NCBI RefSeq assembly: GCF_009914755.1
Contig: NC_060928.1
Reading direction: 5' to 3' (one strand)
From: the human T2T-CHM13v2.0 reference genome, Homo sapiens
DNA length: 64,000 bases
A program made the position numbers and the translations under genes. The notes below the pieces were generated by a model. It was not told the DNA's origin, searched no databases, and saw only the letters and a list, made by a program, of their open reading frames with translations. Below, piece after piece: positions 12,078 through 25,853 of this stretch (positions within the stretch are counted from its first letter, which is position 1; each line of letters opens with the position of its first letter).

Positions 12078-15000
12078 CATTCTCAGAAACTTGTTTGTGA
12101 TGTGTGTATTCAACTAACAGAGTTGAACTTTTGTTTTTACAGAGCCGTTTTAAAACACTCTTTTTGTGGAATCAGAAAGTGGATATTCGGATGGCTCTGA
12201 GGATTTCGTTGGAAGCGGGATTACATATAAAATCTAGAGAGAAGCATTCTCAGGAACTTCTTTGTGATGTTTGCATTGAAGTCACAGAATTGAACATTCA
12301 CTTTGATAGAGCAGGTTTGAAACACTCATTCTGTAGTATCTGGAAGTGGACATTTCAAGCGCTTTCAGGCCTATGGTGAAAAAGGAAATATCTTCGAATA
12401 AAAACTAGACAGAAGCATCCTCAGAAACTTATTTGTGATGTGTGTCCTCAACTAACAGAGTTGAAACTTTGTTTTGATACAGCATTTTGGAAACACTCCT
12501 TTTGTAGAATCTGCAGGTGGATATGTGGATAGCTCTGAAGATTTCGTTGGAAACGGGAATTTCTTCATATAAAATCAAACAGAAGCATTCTCAGAAACTT
12601 CTCAGTGATGTTTGCATTCAGCTCATGGAGTTGAACACTTCCTTTCATAGAGCCGATTTGAAACACTCTTTCTGCACTACCTGGAAGAGGCCATTTCGAG
12701 CGCTTTGAGTCCTATGGTGAAAAAGGAAATATCTTCTCATAAAAACCAGAAAGAAGCATTCTCAGAAACTTCTTTGTGTTGTGTGTACTCATGTAACAGT
12801 GTTGAACCATCCTTTTGACAGAGCAGTTTTGAAACACTCTTTTTGTAGAATCTGCAAGTGGATATTTGGATAGCTTTGAGGATTTCGTTGGAAACGGGAT
12901 GACATATAATATCTAGAGAGAAGCATTCTCAGGAACTTCTTTGTGCTGTTTGCATTCAAGTCACAGAATTGAACATTCCCTTTCATAGAGCAGATTTGAA
13001 ACACTCTTTCTCTAGTATCTGGAAGTGGGCATTTCAAGCGCTTTCAGGCCTATTGAGAGAAAGGAAATACCTTCAAATAAAAACTAGACAGAAGCATTCT
13101 CAGAAACTTATTTGTGATGTGTGTCCTCAACTAACAGAGTTGAACCTTTGTTTTGATACAGCATTTTGGAAACACTCCTTTTGTAGAATCTGCAGGTGGA
13201 TATTTGGATAGCTTTGAAGATTTCGTTGGAAACCGGAATATCTTCATATAAAATCAAGACAGAAGCATTCTCGGAAACATCTCTGTGATGTTTGCATTCA
13301 ACTCAGTAGAGTTGAACACTTCCTTTCATAGAGCCGGTTTGAAACACTCTTTCTGCACTACCTGGAAGCGGACATTTCGAGCGCTTTGAGGCCTATGGTG
13401 AAAAAGGAAATATCTTCTCATAAAAACCAGAAAGAAGCATTCTCAGAAACTTCTTTGTGTTGTGTGTACTCAAGTAACAGTGTTGAACCTTCCTTTTGAC
13501 ACAGCAGTTTTGAAACACTCTTTTGGTAGAATCTTCAAGTGGATATTTGGATAGCTTTGAGGATTTCGTTGGAAACGGGTTATCTTCATATAAAATCCAG
13601 ACAGGAGCATTCTCAGAAACTTCTTTGTGCTGCATGTCCTCAATTCACAGAGCTGAACCTTTGTTTGGATACAGCATTTTGGAAACATTCCTTTAGTAGA
13701 ATCTGCAAGTTGATATTTAGATAGCTTTGAAGATTTCGTTGGAAACGGGAATATCTTCATAGAAAATCTAGACGGAAGCATTCTCAGAAACTGCTTTGTG
13801 ATGTTTGCATTCAAGTCACAGAGTTGAATATTCCCTTTTATAGAGTAGGTTTGAAACACTCTTTCGGCACTACCTGGAAGTGGATATTTCGAGCTCTTTG
13901 AGGCCTATGGTTAAAAGGAAATATCTTCCCATAAAAACTAGACAGAAGCCGTCTCAGAAACTTGTTTGTGATGTGTGTATTCAACTAACAGAGTTGAACA
14001 TTTCTGTTACAGAGCAATTTTAAAACACTCTTTTTGTGGAATCTGAAAGTGGATAATTGGATAGCTTTGTGGATTTCGTTGGAAACGGGATGACGTATAA
14101 AATCTAGATTGAAGCATTCTCAGGAACTTCTTTCTGATGTTTGCATTCAAGTCACAGAATTGAACGTTCCTTTTCATAGTGCAGGTTTGAAACACTCTTT
14201 CTGTAGTATCTGGAAGTGGACATTTCAAGCGCTTTCAGGCCTACGGGGAGAAAGGAAATATCTTCAAATAAAAACTAGATAGAAGGATTCTCAGAAACTT
14301 ATTTGTGATGTGTGTCCTAAACGAACACAGTTGAACCTTTGTTTTGATACAGCATTTTGGAAACACTCCTTTTGTAGGATCTGCAGGTGGATATTTGGAT
14401 AGATTTTAAGATTTCGTTGGAAACGGGAGTTTCTTCATAGAAACTCAAGACAGATGCATTCTCAGAAACATCTCTGTGATGTTTGCATTCCACTCATAGA
14501 TTTGAAAACTTCCTTTCATAGAGCAGGTTTGAAACACTCTTTTTGTAATATTTGGAAGTGGACATTTGCAGCGCTTTGAGGCCTATGGTGAAAAAGGAAA
14601 TATCTTCTCATAAAAACCAGAAACAAGCATTCTCAGAAACTTCTTTTTGATGTGTGTACTCAAGTAACAGAGTTGAACCTTCCTTTTGACACAGCAGTTT
14701 TGAAACAATCTTTTTGTAGAATCTGCAAGTGGATATTTGGATAGCTTTGAGGATTTCGTTGGAAACGGGATATCTTCATATAAAATCTAGACAGAAGCAT
14801 TCTCAGAAACTTCTTTGTGCTGTATGTCCTCAATTAACAGAGTTGAACCATTGCTTGGATACAGCATTTTGGAAACATTCCTTGAGTAGAATCTGCAAGT
14901 TGATATTTAGATAGATTTGAAGATTTCGTTGGAAAAGGGAATATCTCCATATAAAATCTAGAGGGAAGCATTCTCAGAAACTGCTTTGTGATGTTTCCAT

Positions 15001-15139
15001 TCAAGTCACAGAATTGAACATTCCCTTTCATAGAGCAGATTTGAAACACTCTTTCTCTAGTATCTGGAAGTGGGCATTTCAAGCGCTTTCAGGCCTATTG
15101 AGAGAAAGGAAATACCTTCAAATAAAAACTAGACAGAAG
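12078..15139 (+). repeat. 18-mer HOR variant (3,062 bp) with m3/m4 hybrid and terminal m19/m7 hybrid
   Basis: Anchors 12104 to 15166 = 3,062 bp. The last monomer starts as m19 (GTTTCCATT) and ends as 6-mer-type m7 (GCAGATTT, CTATTGAGAG). Confidence 0.92.
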
Positions 15140-18100
15140 CATTCTCAGAAACTTGTTTGTGATGTGTGTATTCAACTAACAGAGTTGAACTTTTGTTTTT
15201 ACAGAGCCGTTTTAAAACACTCTTTTTGTGGAATCAGAAAGTGGATATTCGGATGGCTCTGAGGATTTCGTTGGAAGCGGGATTACATATAAAATCTAGA
15301 GAGAAGCATTCTCAGGAACTTCTTTGTGATGTTTGCATTGAAGTCACAGAATTGAACATTCACTTTGATAGAGCAGGTTTGAAACACTCATTCTGTAGTA
15401 TCTGGAAGTGGACATTTCAAGCGCTTTCAGGCCTATGGTGAGAAAGGAAATATCTTCGAATAAAAACTAGACAGAAGCATCCTCAGAAACTTATTTGTGA
15501 TGTGTGTCCTCAACTAACAGAGTTGAAACTTTGTTTTGATACAGCATTTTGGAAACACTCTTTTTGTAGAATCTGCAGGTGGATATTTGGATAGCTTAGA
15601 GGGATTCGTTGGAAAGGGGATATCTTCATATAAAATCTAGACAGAAGCATTCTCAGAAACTTATTTGTGATGTGTGTCCTCAACTAACAGAGTTGAACCT
15701 TGGTTTTGATACAGCATTTTGGAAACACTCCTTTTGTAGAATCTGCAGGTGGATATGTGGATAGCTCTGAAGATTTCGTTGGAAACGGGAATTTCTTCAT
15801 ATAAAATCAAACAGAAGCATTCTCAGAAACTTCTCAGTGATGTTTGCATTCAGCTCATGGAGTTGAACACTTCCTTTCATAGAGCCGGTTTGAAACACTC
15901 TTTCTGCACTACCTGGAAGAGGACATTTCGAGCGCTTTGAGTCCTATGGTGAAAAAGGAAATATCTTCTCATAAAAACCAGAAAGAAGCATTCTCAGAAA
16001 CTTCTTTGTGTTGTGTGTACTCATGTAACAGTGTTGAACCATCCTTTTGACAGAGCAGTTTTGAAACACTCTTTTTGTAGAATCTGCAAGTGGATATTTG
16101 GATAGCTTTGAGGATTTCGTTGGAAACGGGATGACATATAATATCTAGAGAGAAGCATACTCAGGAACTTCTTTGTGATGTTTGCATTCAAGTCACAGAA
16201 TTGAACATTCCCTTTCATAGAGCAGGTTTGAAACACTCTTTCTCTAGTATCTGGAAGTGGGCATTTCAAGCGCTTTCAGGCCTATGGAGAGAAAGGAAAT
16301 ACCTTCAAATAAAAACTAGACAGAAGCATTCTCAGAAACTTATTTGTGATGTGTGTCCTCAACTAACAGAGTTGAACCTTTGTTTTGATACAGCATTTTG
16401 GAAACACTCCTTTTGTAGAATCTGCAGGTGGATATTTGGATAACTTTGAAGATTTCGTTGGAAACCGGAATATCTTCATATAAAATCAAGACAGAAGCAT
16501 TCTCGGAAACATCTCTGTGATGTTTGCATTCAACTCAGTAGAGTTGAACACTTCCTTTCATAGAGCAGGTTTGAAACACTCTTTCTGCACTACCTGGAAG
16601 CGGACATTTCGAGCGCTTTGAGGCCTATGGTGAAAAAGGAAATATCTTCTCATAAAAACCAGAAAGAAGCATTCTCAGAAACTTCTTTGTGTTGTGTGTA
16701 CTCAAGTAACAGTGTTGAACCTTCCTTTTGACACAGCAGTTTTGAAACACTCTTTTGGTAGAATCTGCAAGTGGATATTTGGATAGGTTTGAGGATTTCG
16801 TTGGAAACGGGTTATCTTCATATAAAATCCAGACAGGAGCATTCTCAGAAACTTCTTTGTGCTGCATGTCCTCAATTCACAGAGCTGAACCTTTGTTTGG
16901 ATACAGCATTTTGGAAACATTCCTTTAGTAGAATCTGCAAGTTGATATTTAGATAGCTTTGAAGATTTCGTTGGAAACGGGAATATCTTCATAGAAAATC
17001 TAGACGGAAGCATTCTCAGAAACTGCTTTGTGATGTTTGCATTCAAGTCACAGAGTTGAATATTCCCTTTTATAGACTAGGTTTGAAACACTCTTTCGGC
17101 ACTACCTGGAAGTGGATATTTCGAGCTCTTTGAGGCCTATGGTTAAAAGGAAATATCTTCCCATAAAAACTAGACAGAAGCCGTCTCAGAAACTTGTTTG
17201 TGATGTGTGTATTCAACTACCAGAGTTGAACATTTCTGTTACAGAGCAATTTTAAAACACTCTTTTTGTGGAATCTGAAAGTGGATAATTGGATAGCTTT
17301 GTGGATTTCGTTGGAAACGGGATGACGTATAAAATCTAGAGAGAAGCATTCTCAGGAACTTCTTTCTGATGTTTGCATTCAAGTCACAGAATTGAACATT
17401 CCTTTTCATAGTGCAGGTTTGAAACACTCTTTCTGTAGTATCTGGAAGTGGACATTTCAAGCGCTTTCAGGCCTACGGGGAGAAAGGAAATATCTTCAAA
17501 TAAAAACTAGACAGAAGGATTCTCAGAAACTTATTTGTGATGTGTGTCCTAAACGAACACAGTTGAACCTTTGTTTTGATACAGCATTTTGGAAACACTC
17601 CTTTTGTAGGATCTGCAGGTGGATATTTGGATAGATTTTAAGATTTCGTTGGAAACGGGAATTTCTGCATATAAACTCAAGACAGATGCATTCTCAGAAA
17701 CATCTCTGTGATGTTTGCATTCCACTCATAGAGTTGAAAACTTCCTTTCATAGAGCAGGTTTGAAACACTCTTTTTGTAATATTTGGAAGTGGACATTTG
17801 CAGCGCTTTGAGGCCTATGGTGAAAAAGGAAATATCTTCTCATAAAAACCAGAAACAAGCATTCTCAGAAACTTCTTTTTGATGTGTGTACTCAAGTAAC
17901 AGAGTTGAACCTTCCTTTTGACACAGCAGTTTTGAAACAATCTTTTTGTAGAATCTGCAAGTGGATATTTGGATAGCTTTGAGGATTTCGTTGGAAACGG
18001 GATATCTTCATATAAAATCTAGACAGAAGCATTCTCAGAAACTTCTTTGTGCTGTATGTCCTCAATTAACAGAGTTGAACCATTGCTTGGATACAGCATT

Positions 18101-21100
18101 TTGGAAACATTCCTTGAGTAGAATCTGCAAGTTGATATTTAGATAGATTTGAAGATTTCGTTGGAAAAGGGAATATCTCCATATAAAATCTAGAGGGAAG
18201 CATTCTCAGAAACTGCTTTGTGATGTTTCCATTCAAGTCACAGAGTTGAATATTCCCTTTTATAGAGCACGTTTGAAACACTCTTTCTGCACTATCTGGA
18301 AGTGGACATTTCGAGCGCTTTGAGGCCTATGGTGAAAAAGGAAATATCTTCCCATAAAAACTAGACAGAAGCATTCTCAGAAACTTGTTTGTGATGTGTG
18401 TATTCAACTAACAGAGTTGAACTTTTGTTTTTACAGAGCCGTTTTAAAACACTCTTTTTGTGGAATCAGAAAGTGGATATTCGGATGGCTCTGAGGATTT
18501 CGTTGGAAGCGGGATTACATATAAAATCTAGAGAGAAGCATTCTCAGGAACTTCTTTGTGATGTTTGCATTGAAGTCACAGAATTGAACATTCACTTTGA
18601 TAGAGCAGGTTTGAAACACTCATTCTGTAGTATCTGGAAGTGGACATTTCAAGCGCTTTCAGGCCTATGGTGAGAAAGGAAATATCTTCGAATAAAAACT
18701 AGACAGAAGCATCCTCAGAAACTTATTTGTGATGTGTGTCCTCAACTAACAGAGTTGAAACTTTGTTTTGATACAGCATTTTGGAAACACTCTTTTTGTA
18801 GAATCTGCAGGTGGATATTTGGATAGCTTAGAGGGATTCGTTGGAAAGGGGATATCTTCATATAAAATCTAGACAGAAGCATTCTCAGAAACTTATTTGT
18901 GATGTGTGTCCTCAACTAACAGAGTTGAACCTTGGTTTTGATACAGCATTTTGGAAACACTCCTTTTGTAGAATCTGCAGGTGGATATGTGGATAGCTCT
19001 GAAGATTTCGTTGGAAACGGGAATTTCTTCATATAAAATCAAACAGAAGCATTCTCAGAAACTTCTCAGTGATGTTTGCATTCAGCTCATGGAGTTGAAC
19101 ACTTCCTTTCATAGAGCCGGTTTGAAACACTCTTTCTGCACTACCTGGAAGAGGACATTTCGAGCGCTTTGAGTCCTATGGTGAAAAAGGAAATATCTTC
19201 TCATAAAAACCAGAAAGAAGCATTCTCAGAAACTTCTTTGTGTTGTGTGTACTCATGTAACAGTGTTGAACCATCCTTTTGACAGAGCAGTTTTGAAACA
19301 CTCTTTTTGTAGAATCTGCAAGTGGATATTTGGATAGCTTTGAGGATTTCGTTGGAAACGGGATGACATATAATATCTAGAGAGAAGCATTCTCAGGAAC
19401 TTCTTTGTGATGTTTGCATTCAAGTCACAGAATTGAACATTCCCTTTCATAGAGCAGGTTTGAAACACTCTTTCTCTAGTATCTGGAAGTGGGCATTTCA
19501 AGCGCTTTCAGGCCTATGGAGAGAAAGGAAATACCTTCAAATAAAAACTAGACAGAAGCATTCTCAGAAACTTATTTGTGATGTGTGTCCTCAACTAACA
19601 GAGTTGAACCTTTGTTTTGATACAGCATTTTGGAAACACTCCTTTTGTAGAATCTGCAGGTGGATATTTGGATAACTTTGAAGATTTCGTTGGAAACCGG
19701 AATATCTTCATATAAAATCAAGACAGAAGCATTCTCGGAAACATCTCTGTGATGTTTGCATTCAACTCAGTAGAGTTGAACACTTCCTTTCATAGAGCCG
19801 GTTTGAAACACTCTTTCTGCACTACCTGGAAGCGGACATTTCGAGCGCTTTGAGGCCTATGGTGAAAAAGGAAATATCTTCTCATAAAAACCAGAAAGAA
19901 GCATTCTCAGAAACTTCTTTGTGTTGTGTGTACTCAAGTAACAGTGTTGAACCTTCCTTTTGACACAGCAGTTTTGAAACACTCTTTTGGTAGAATCTGC
20001 AAGTGGATATTTGGATAGCTTTGAGGATTTCGTTGGAAACGGGTTATCTTCATATAAAATCCAGACAGGAGCATTCTCAGAAACTTCTTTGTGCTGCATG
20101 TCCTCAATTCACAGAGCTGAACCTTTGTTTGGATACAGCATTTTGGAAACATTCCTTTAGTAGAATCTGCAAGTTGATATTTAGATAGCTTTGAAGATTT
20201 CGTTGGAAACGGGAATATCTTCATAGAAAATCTAGACGGAAGCATTCTCAGAAACTGCTTTGTGATGTTTGCATTCAAGTCACAGAGTTGAATATTCCCT
20301 TTTATAGACTAGGTTTGAAACACTCTTTCGGCACTACCTGGAAGTGGATATTTCGAGCTCTTTGAGGCCTATGGTTAAAAGGAAATATCTTCCCATAAAA
20401 ACTAGACAGAAGCCGTCTCAGAAACTTGTTTGTGATGTGTGTATTCAACTAACAGAGTTGAACATTTCTGTTACAGAGCAATTTTAAAACACTCTTTTTG
20501 TGGAATCTGAAAGTGGATAATTGGATAGCTTTGTGGATTTCGTTGGAAACGGGATGACGTATAAAATCTAGAGAGAAGCATTCTCAGGAACTTCTTTGTG
20601 ATGTTTGCATTCAAGTCACAGAATTGAACATTCCTTTTCATAGTGCAGGTTTGAAACACTCTTTCTGTAGTATCTGGAAGTGGACATTTCAAGCGCTTTC
20701 AGGCCTACGGGGAGAAAGGAAATATCTTCAAATAAAAACTAGACAGAAGGATTCTCAGAAACTTATTTGTGATGTGTGTCCTAAACGAACACAGTTGAAC
20801 CTTTGTTTAGATACAGCATTTTGGAAACACTCCTTTTGTAGGATCTGCAGGTGGATATTTGGATAGATTTTAAGATTTCGTTGGAAACGGGAGTTTCTTC
20901 ATAGAAACTCAAGACAGATGCATTCTCAGAAACATCTCTGTGATGTTTGCATTCCACTCATAGAGTTGAAAACTTCCTTTCATAGAGCAGGTTTGAAACA
21001 CTCTTTTTGTAATATTTGGAAGTGGACATTTGCAGCGCTTTGAGGCCTATGGTGAAAAAGGAAATATCTTCTCATAAAAACCAGAAACAAGCATTCTCAG

Positions 21101-21603
21101 AAACTTCTTTTTGATGTGTGTACTCAAGTAACAGAGTTGAACCTTCCTTTTGACACAGCAGTTTTGAAACAATCTTTTTGTAGAATCTGCAAGTGGATAT
21201 TTGGATAGCTTTGAGGATTTCGTTGGAAACGGGATATCTTCATATAAAATCTAGACAGAAGCATTCTCAGAAACTTCTTTGTGCTGTATGTCCTCAATTA
21301 ACAGAGTTGAACCATTGCTTGGATACAGCATTTTGGAAACATTCCTTTAGTAGAATCTGCAAGTTGATATTGAGATAGATTTGAAGATTTCGTTGGAAAA
21401 GGGAATATCTCCATATAAAATCTAGACGGAAGCATTCTCAGAAACTGCTTTGTGATGTTTCCATTCAAGTCACAGAGTTGAATATTCCCTTTTATAGAGC
21501 ACGTTTGAAACACTCTTTCTGCACTATCTGGAAGTGGACATTTCGAGCGCTTTGAGGCCTATGGTGAAAAAGGAAATATCTTCCCATAAAAATTAGACAG
21601 AAG
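15140..21603 (+). repeat. Two canonical 19-mer HORs (start 15140, 18372)
   Basis: Anchors 15166, 18398, 21630 at 3,232-bp spacing. Confidence 0.94.
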
Positions 21604-24600
21604 CATTCTCAGAAACTTGTTTGTGATGTGTGTATTCAACTAACAGAGTTGAACTTTTGTTTTTACAGAGCCGTTTTAAAACACTCTTTTTGTGGAATCA
21701 GAAAGTGGATATTCGGATGGCTCTCAGGATTTCGTTGGAAGCGGGATTACATATAAAATCTAGAGAGAAGCATTCTCAGGAACTTCTTTGTGATGTTTGC
21801 ATTGAAGTCACAGAATTGAACATTCACTTTGATAGAGCAGGTTTGAAACACTCATTCTGTAGTATCTGGAAGTGGACATTTCAAGCGCTTTCAGGCCTAT
21901 GGTGAAAAAGGAAATATCTTCGAATAAAAACTAGACAGAAGCATCCTCAGAAACTTATTTGTGATGTGTGTCCTCAACTAACAGAGTTGAAACTTTGTTT
22001 TGATACAGCATTTTGGAAACACTCCTTTTGTAGAATCTGCAGGTGGATATGTGGATAGCTCTGAAGATTTCGTTGGAAACGGGAATTTCTTCATATAAAA
22101 TCAAACAGAAGCATTCTCAGAAACTTCTCAGTGATGTTTGCATTCAGCTCATGGAGTTGAACACTTCCTTTCATAGAGCCGGTTTGAAACACTCTTTCTG
22201 CACTACCTGGAAGAGGCCATTTCGAGCGCTTTGAGTCCTATGGTGAAAAAGGAAATATCTTCTCATAAAAACCAGAAAGAAGCATTCTCAGAAACTTCTC
22301 AGTGATGTTTGCATTCAGCTCATGGAGTTGAACACTTCCTTTCATAGAGCCGGTTTGAAACACTCTTTCTGCACTACCTGGAAGAGGACATTTCGAGCGC
22401 TTTGAGTCCTATGGTGAAAAAGGAAATATCTTCTCATAAAAACCAGAAAGAAGCATTCTCAGAAACTTCTTTGTGTTGTGTGTACTCATGTAACAGTGTT
22501 GAACCATCCTTTTGACAGAGCAGTTTTGAAACACTCTTTTTGTAGAATCTGCAAGTGGATATTTGGATAGCTTTGAGGATTTCGTTGGAAACGGGATGAC
22601 ATATAATATCTAGAGAGAAGCATACTCAGGAACTTCTTTGTGATGTTTGCATTCAAGTCACAGAATTGAACATTCCCTTTCATAGAGCAGGTTTGAAACA
22701 CTCTTTCTCTAGTATCTGGAAGTGGGCATTTCAAGCGCTTTCAGGCCTATGGAGAGAAAGGAAATACCTTCAAATAAAAACTAGACAGAAGCATTCTCAG
22801 AAACTTATTTGTGATGTGTGTCCTCAACTAACAGAGTTGAACCTTTGTTTTGATACAGCATTTTGGAAACACTCCTTTTGTAGAATCTGCAGGTGGATAT
22901 TTGGATAACTTTGAAGATTTCGTTGGAAACCGGAATATCTTCATATAAAATCAAGACAGAAGCATTCTCGGAAACATCTCTGTGATGTTTGCATTCAACT
23001 CAGTAGAGTTGAACACTTCCTTTCATAGAGCAGGTTTGAAACACTCTTTCTGCACTACCTGGAAGCGGACATTTCGAGCGCTTTGAGGCCTATGGTGAAA
23101 AAGGAAATATCTTCTCATAAAAACCAGAAAGAAGCATTCTCAGAAACTTCTTTGTGTTGTGTGTACTCAAGTAACAGTGTTGAACCTTCCTTTTGACACA
23201 GCAGTTTTGAAACACTCTTTTGGTAGAATCTGCAAGTGGATATTTGGATAGCTTTGAGGATTTCGTTGGAAACGGGTTATCTTCATATAAAATCCAGACA
23301 GGAGCATTCTCAGAAACTTCTTTGTGCTGCATGTCCTCAATTCACAGAGCTGAACCTTTGTTTGGATACAGCATTTTGGAAACATTCCTTTAGTAGAATC
23401 TGCAAGTTGATATTTAGATAGCTTTGAAGATTTCGTTGGAAACGGGAATATCTTCATAGAAAATCTAGACGGAAGCATTCTCAGAAACTGCTTTGTGATG
23501 TTTGCATTCAAGTCACAGAGTTGAATATTCCCTTTTATAGAGTAGGTTTGAAACACTCTTTCGGCACTACCTGGAAGTGGATATTTCGAGCTCTTTGAGG
23601 CCTATGGTTAAAAGGAAATATCTTCCCATAAAAACTAGACAGAAGCCGTCTCAGAAACTTGTTTGTGATGTGTGTATTCAACTACCAGAGTTGAACATTT
23701 CTGTTACAGAGCAATTTTAAAACACTCTTTTTGTGGAATCTGAAAGTGGATAATTGGATAGCTTTGTGGATTTCGTTGGAAACGGGATGACGTATAAAAT
23801 CTAGAGAGAAGCATTCTCAGGAACTTCTTTGTGATGTTTGCATTCAAGTCACAGAATTGAACATTCCTTTTCATAGTGCAGGTTTGAAACACTCTTTCTG
23901 TAGTATCTGGAAGTGGACATTTCAAGCGCTTTCAGGCCTACGGGGAGAAAGGAAATATCTTCAAATAAAAACTAGACAGAAGGATTCTCAGAAACTTATT
24001 TGTGATGTGTGTCCTAAACGAACACAGTTGAACCTTTGTTTAGATACAGCATTTTGGAAACACTCCTTTTGTAGGATCTGCAGGTGGATATTTGGATAGA
24101 TTTTAAGATTTCGTTGGAAACGGGAGTTTCTTCATAGAAACTCAAGACAGATGCATTCTCAGAAACATCTCTGTGATGTTTGCATTCCACTCATAGAGTT
24201 GAAAACTTCCTTTCATAGAGCAGGTTTGAAACACTCTTTTTGTAATATTTGGAAGTGGACATTTGCAGCGCTTTGAGGCCTATGGTGAAAAAGGAAATAT
24301 CTTCTCATAAAAACCAGAAACAAGCATTCTCAGAAACTTCTTTTTGATGTGTGTACTCAAGTAACAGAGTTGAACCTTCCTTTTGACACAGCAGTTTTGA
24401 AACAATCTTTTTGTAGAATCTGCAAGTGGATATTTGGATAGCTTTGAGGATTTCGTTGGAAACGGGATATCTTCATATAAAATCTAGACAGAAGCATTCT
24501 CAGAAACTTCTTTGTGCTGTATGTCCTCAATTAACAGAGTTGAACCATTGCTTGGATACAGCATTTTGGAAACATTCCTTTAGTAGAATCTGCAAGTTGA

Positions 24601-24836
24601 TATTGAGATAGATTTGAAGATTTCGTTGGAAAAGGGAATATCTCCATATAAAATCTAGACGGAAGCATTCTCAGAAACTGCTTTGTGATGTTTCCATTCA
24701 AGTCACAGAGTTGAATATTCCCTTTTATAGAGCACGTTTGAAACACTCTTTCTGCACTATCTGGAAGTGGACATTTCGAGCGCTTTGAGGCCTATGGTGA
24801 AAAAGGAAATATCTTCCCATAAAAATTAGACAGAAG
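21604..24836 (+). repeat. Non-canonical 19-mer (3,233 bp): m1,m2,m3/4,m5,m5,m6-m19
   Basis: Anchors 21630 to 24863 = 3,233 bp. m5 (CTTCTCAGTGATGTTTGCATTCAGCTCATGG) occurs twice, at 22112 and 22283. Confidence 0.92.
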
Positions 24837-25853
24837 CATTCTCAGAAACTTGTTTGTGATGTGTGTATTCAACTAACAGAGTTGAACTTTTGTTTTTACA
24901 GAGCCGTTTTAAAACACTCTTTTTGTGGAATCAGAAAGTGGATATTCGGATGGCTCTGAGGATTTCGTTGGAAGCGGGATTACATATAAAATCTAGAGAG
25001 AAGCATTCTCAGGAACTTCTTTGTGATGTTTGCATTGAAGTCACAGAATTGAACATTCACTTTGATAGAGCAGGTTTGAAACACTCATTCTGTAGTATCT
25101 GGAAGTGGACATTTCAAGCGCTTTCAGGCCTATGGTGAAAAAGGAAATATCTTCGAATAAAAACTAGACAGAAGCATCCTCAGAAACTTATTTGTGATGT
25201 GTGTCCTCAACTAACAGAGTTGAAACTTTGTTTTGATACAGCATTTTGGAAACACTCCTTTTGTAGAATCTGCAGGTGGATATGTGGATAGCTCTGAAGA
25301 TTTCGTTGGAAACGGGAATTTCTTCATATAAAATCAAACAGAAGCATTCTCAGAAACTTCTCAGTGATGTTTGCATTCAGCTCATGGAGTTGAACACTTC
25401 CTTTCATAGAGCCGGTTTGAAACACTCTTTCTGCACTACCTGGAAGAGGCCATTTCGAGCGCTTTGAGTCCTATGGTGAAAAAGGAAATATCTTCTCATA
25501 AAAACCAGAAAGAAGCATTCTCAGAAACTTCTTTGTGTTGTGTGTACTCATGTAACAGTGTTGAACCATCCTTTTGACAGAGCAGTTTTGAAACACTCTT
25601 TTTGTAGAATCTGCAAGTGGATATTTGGATAGCTTTGAGGATTTCGTTGGAAACGGGATGACATATAATATCTAGAGAGAAGCATTCTCAGGAACTTCTT
25701 TGTGCTGTTTGCATTCAAGTCACAGAATTGAACATTCCCTTTCATAGAGCAGATTTGAAACACTCTTTCTCTAGTATCTGGAAGTGGGCATTTCAAGCGC
25801 TTTCAGGCCTATTGAGAGAAAGGAAATACCTTCAAATAAAAACTAGACAGAAG
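24837..25853 (+). repeat. 6-mer HOR variant (1,017 bp)
   Basis: Anchors 24863 to 25880 = 1,017 bp. Confidence 0.93.
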
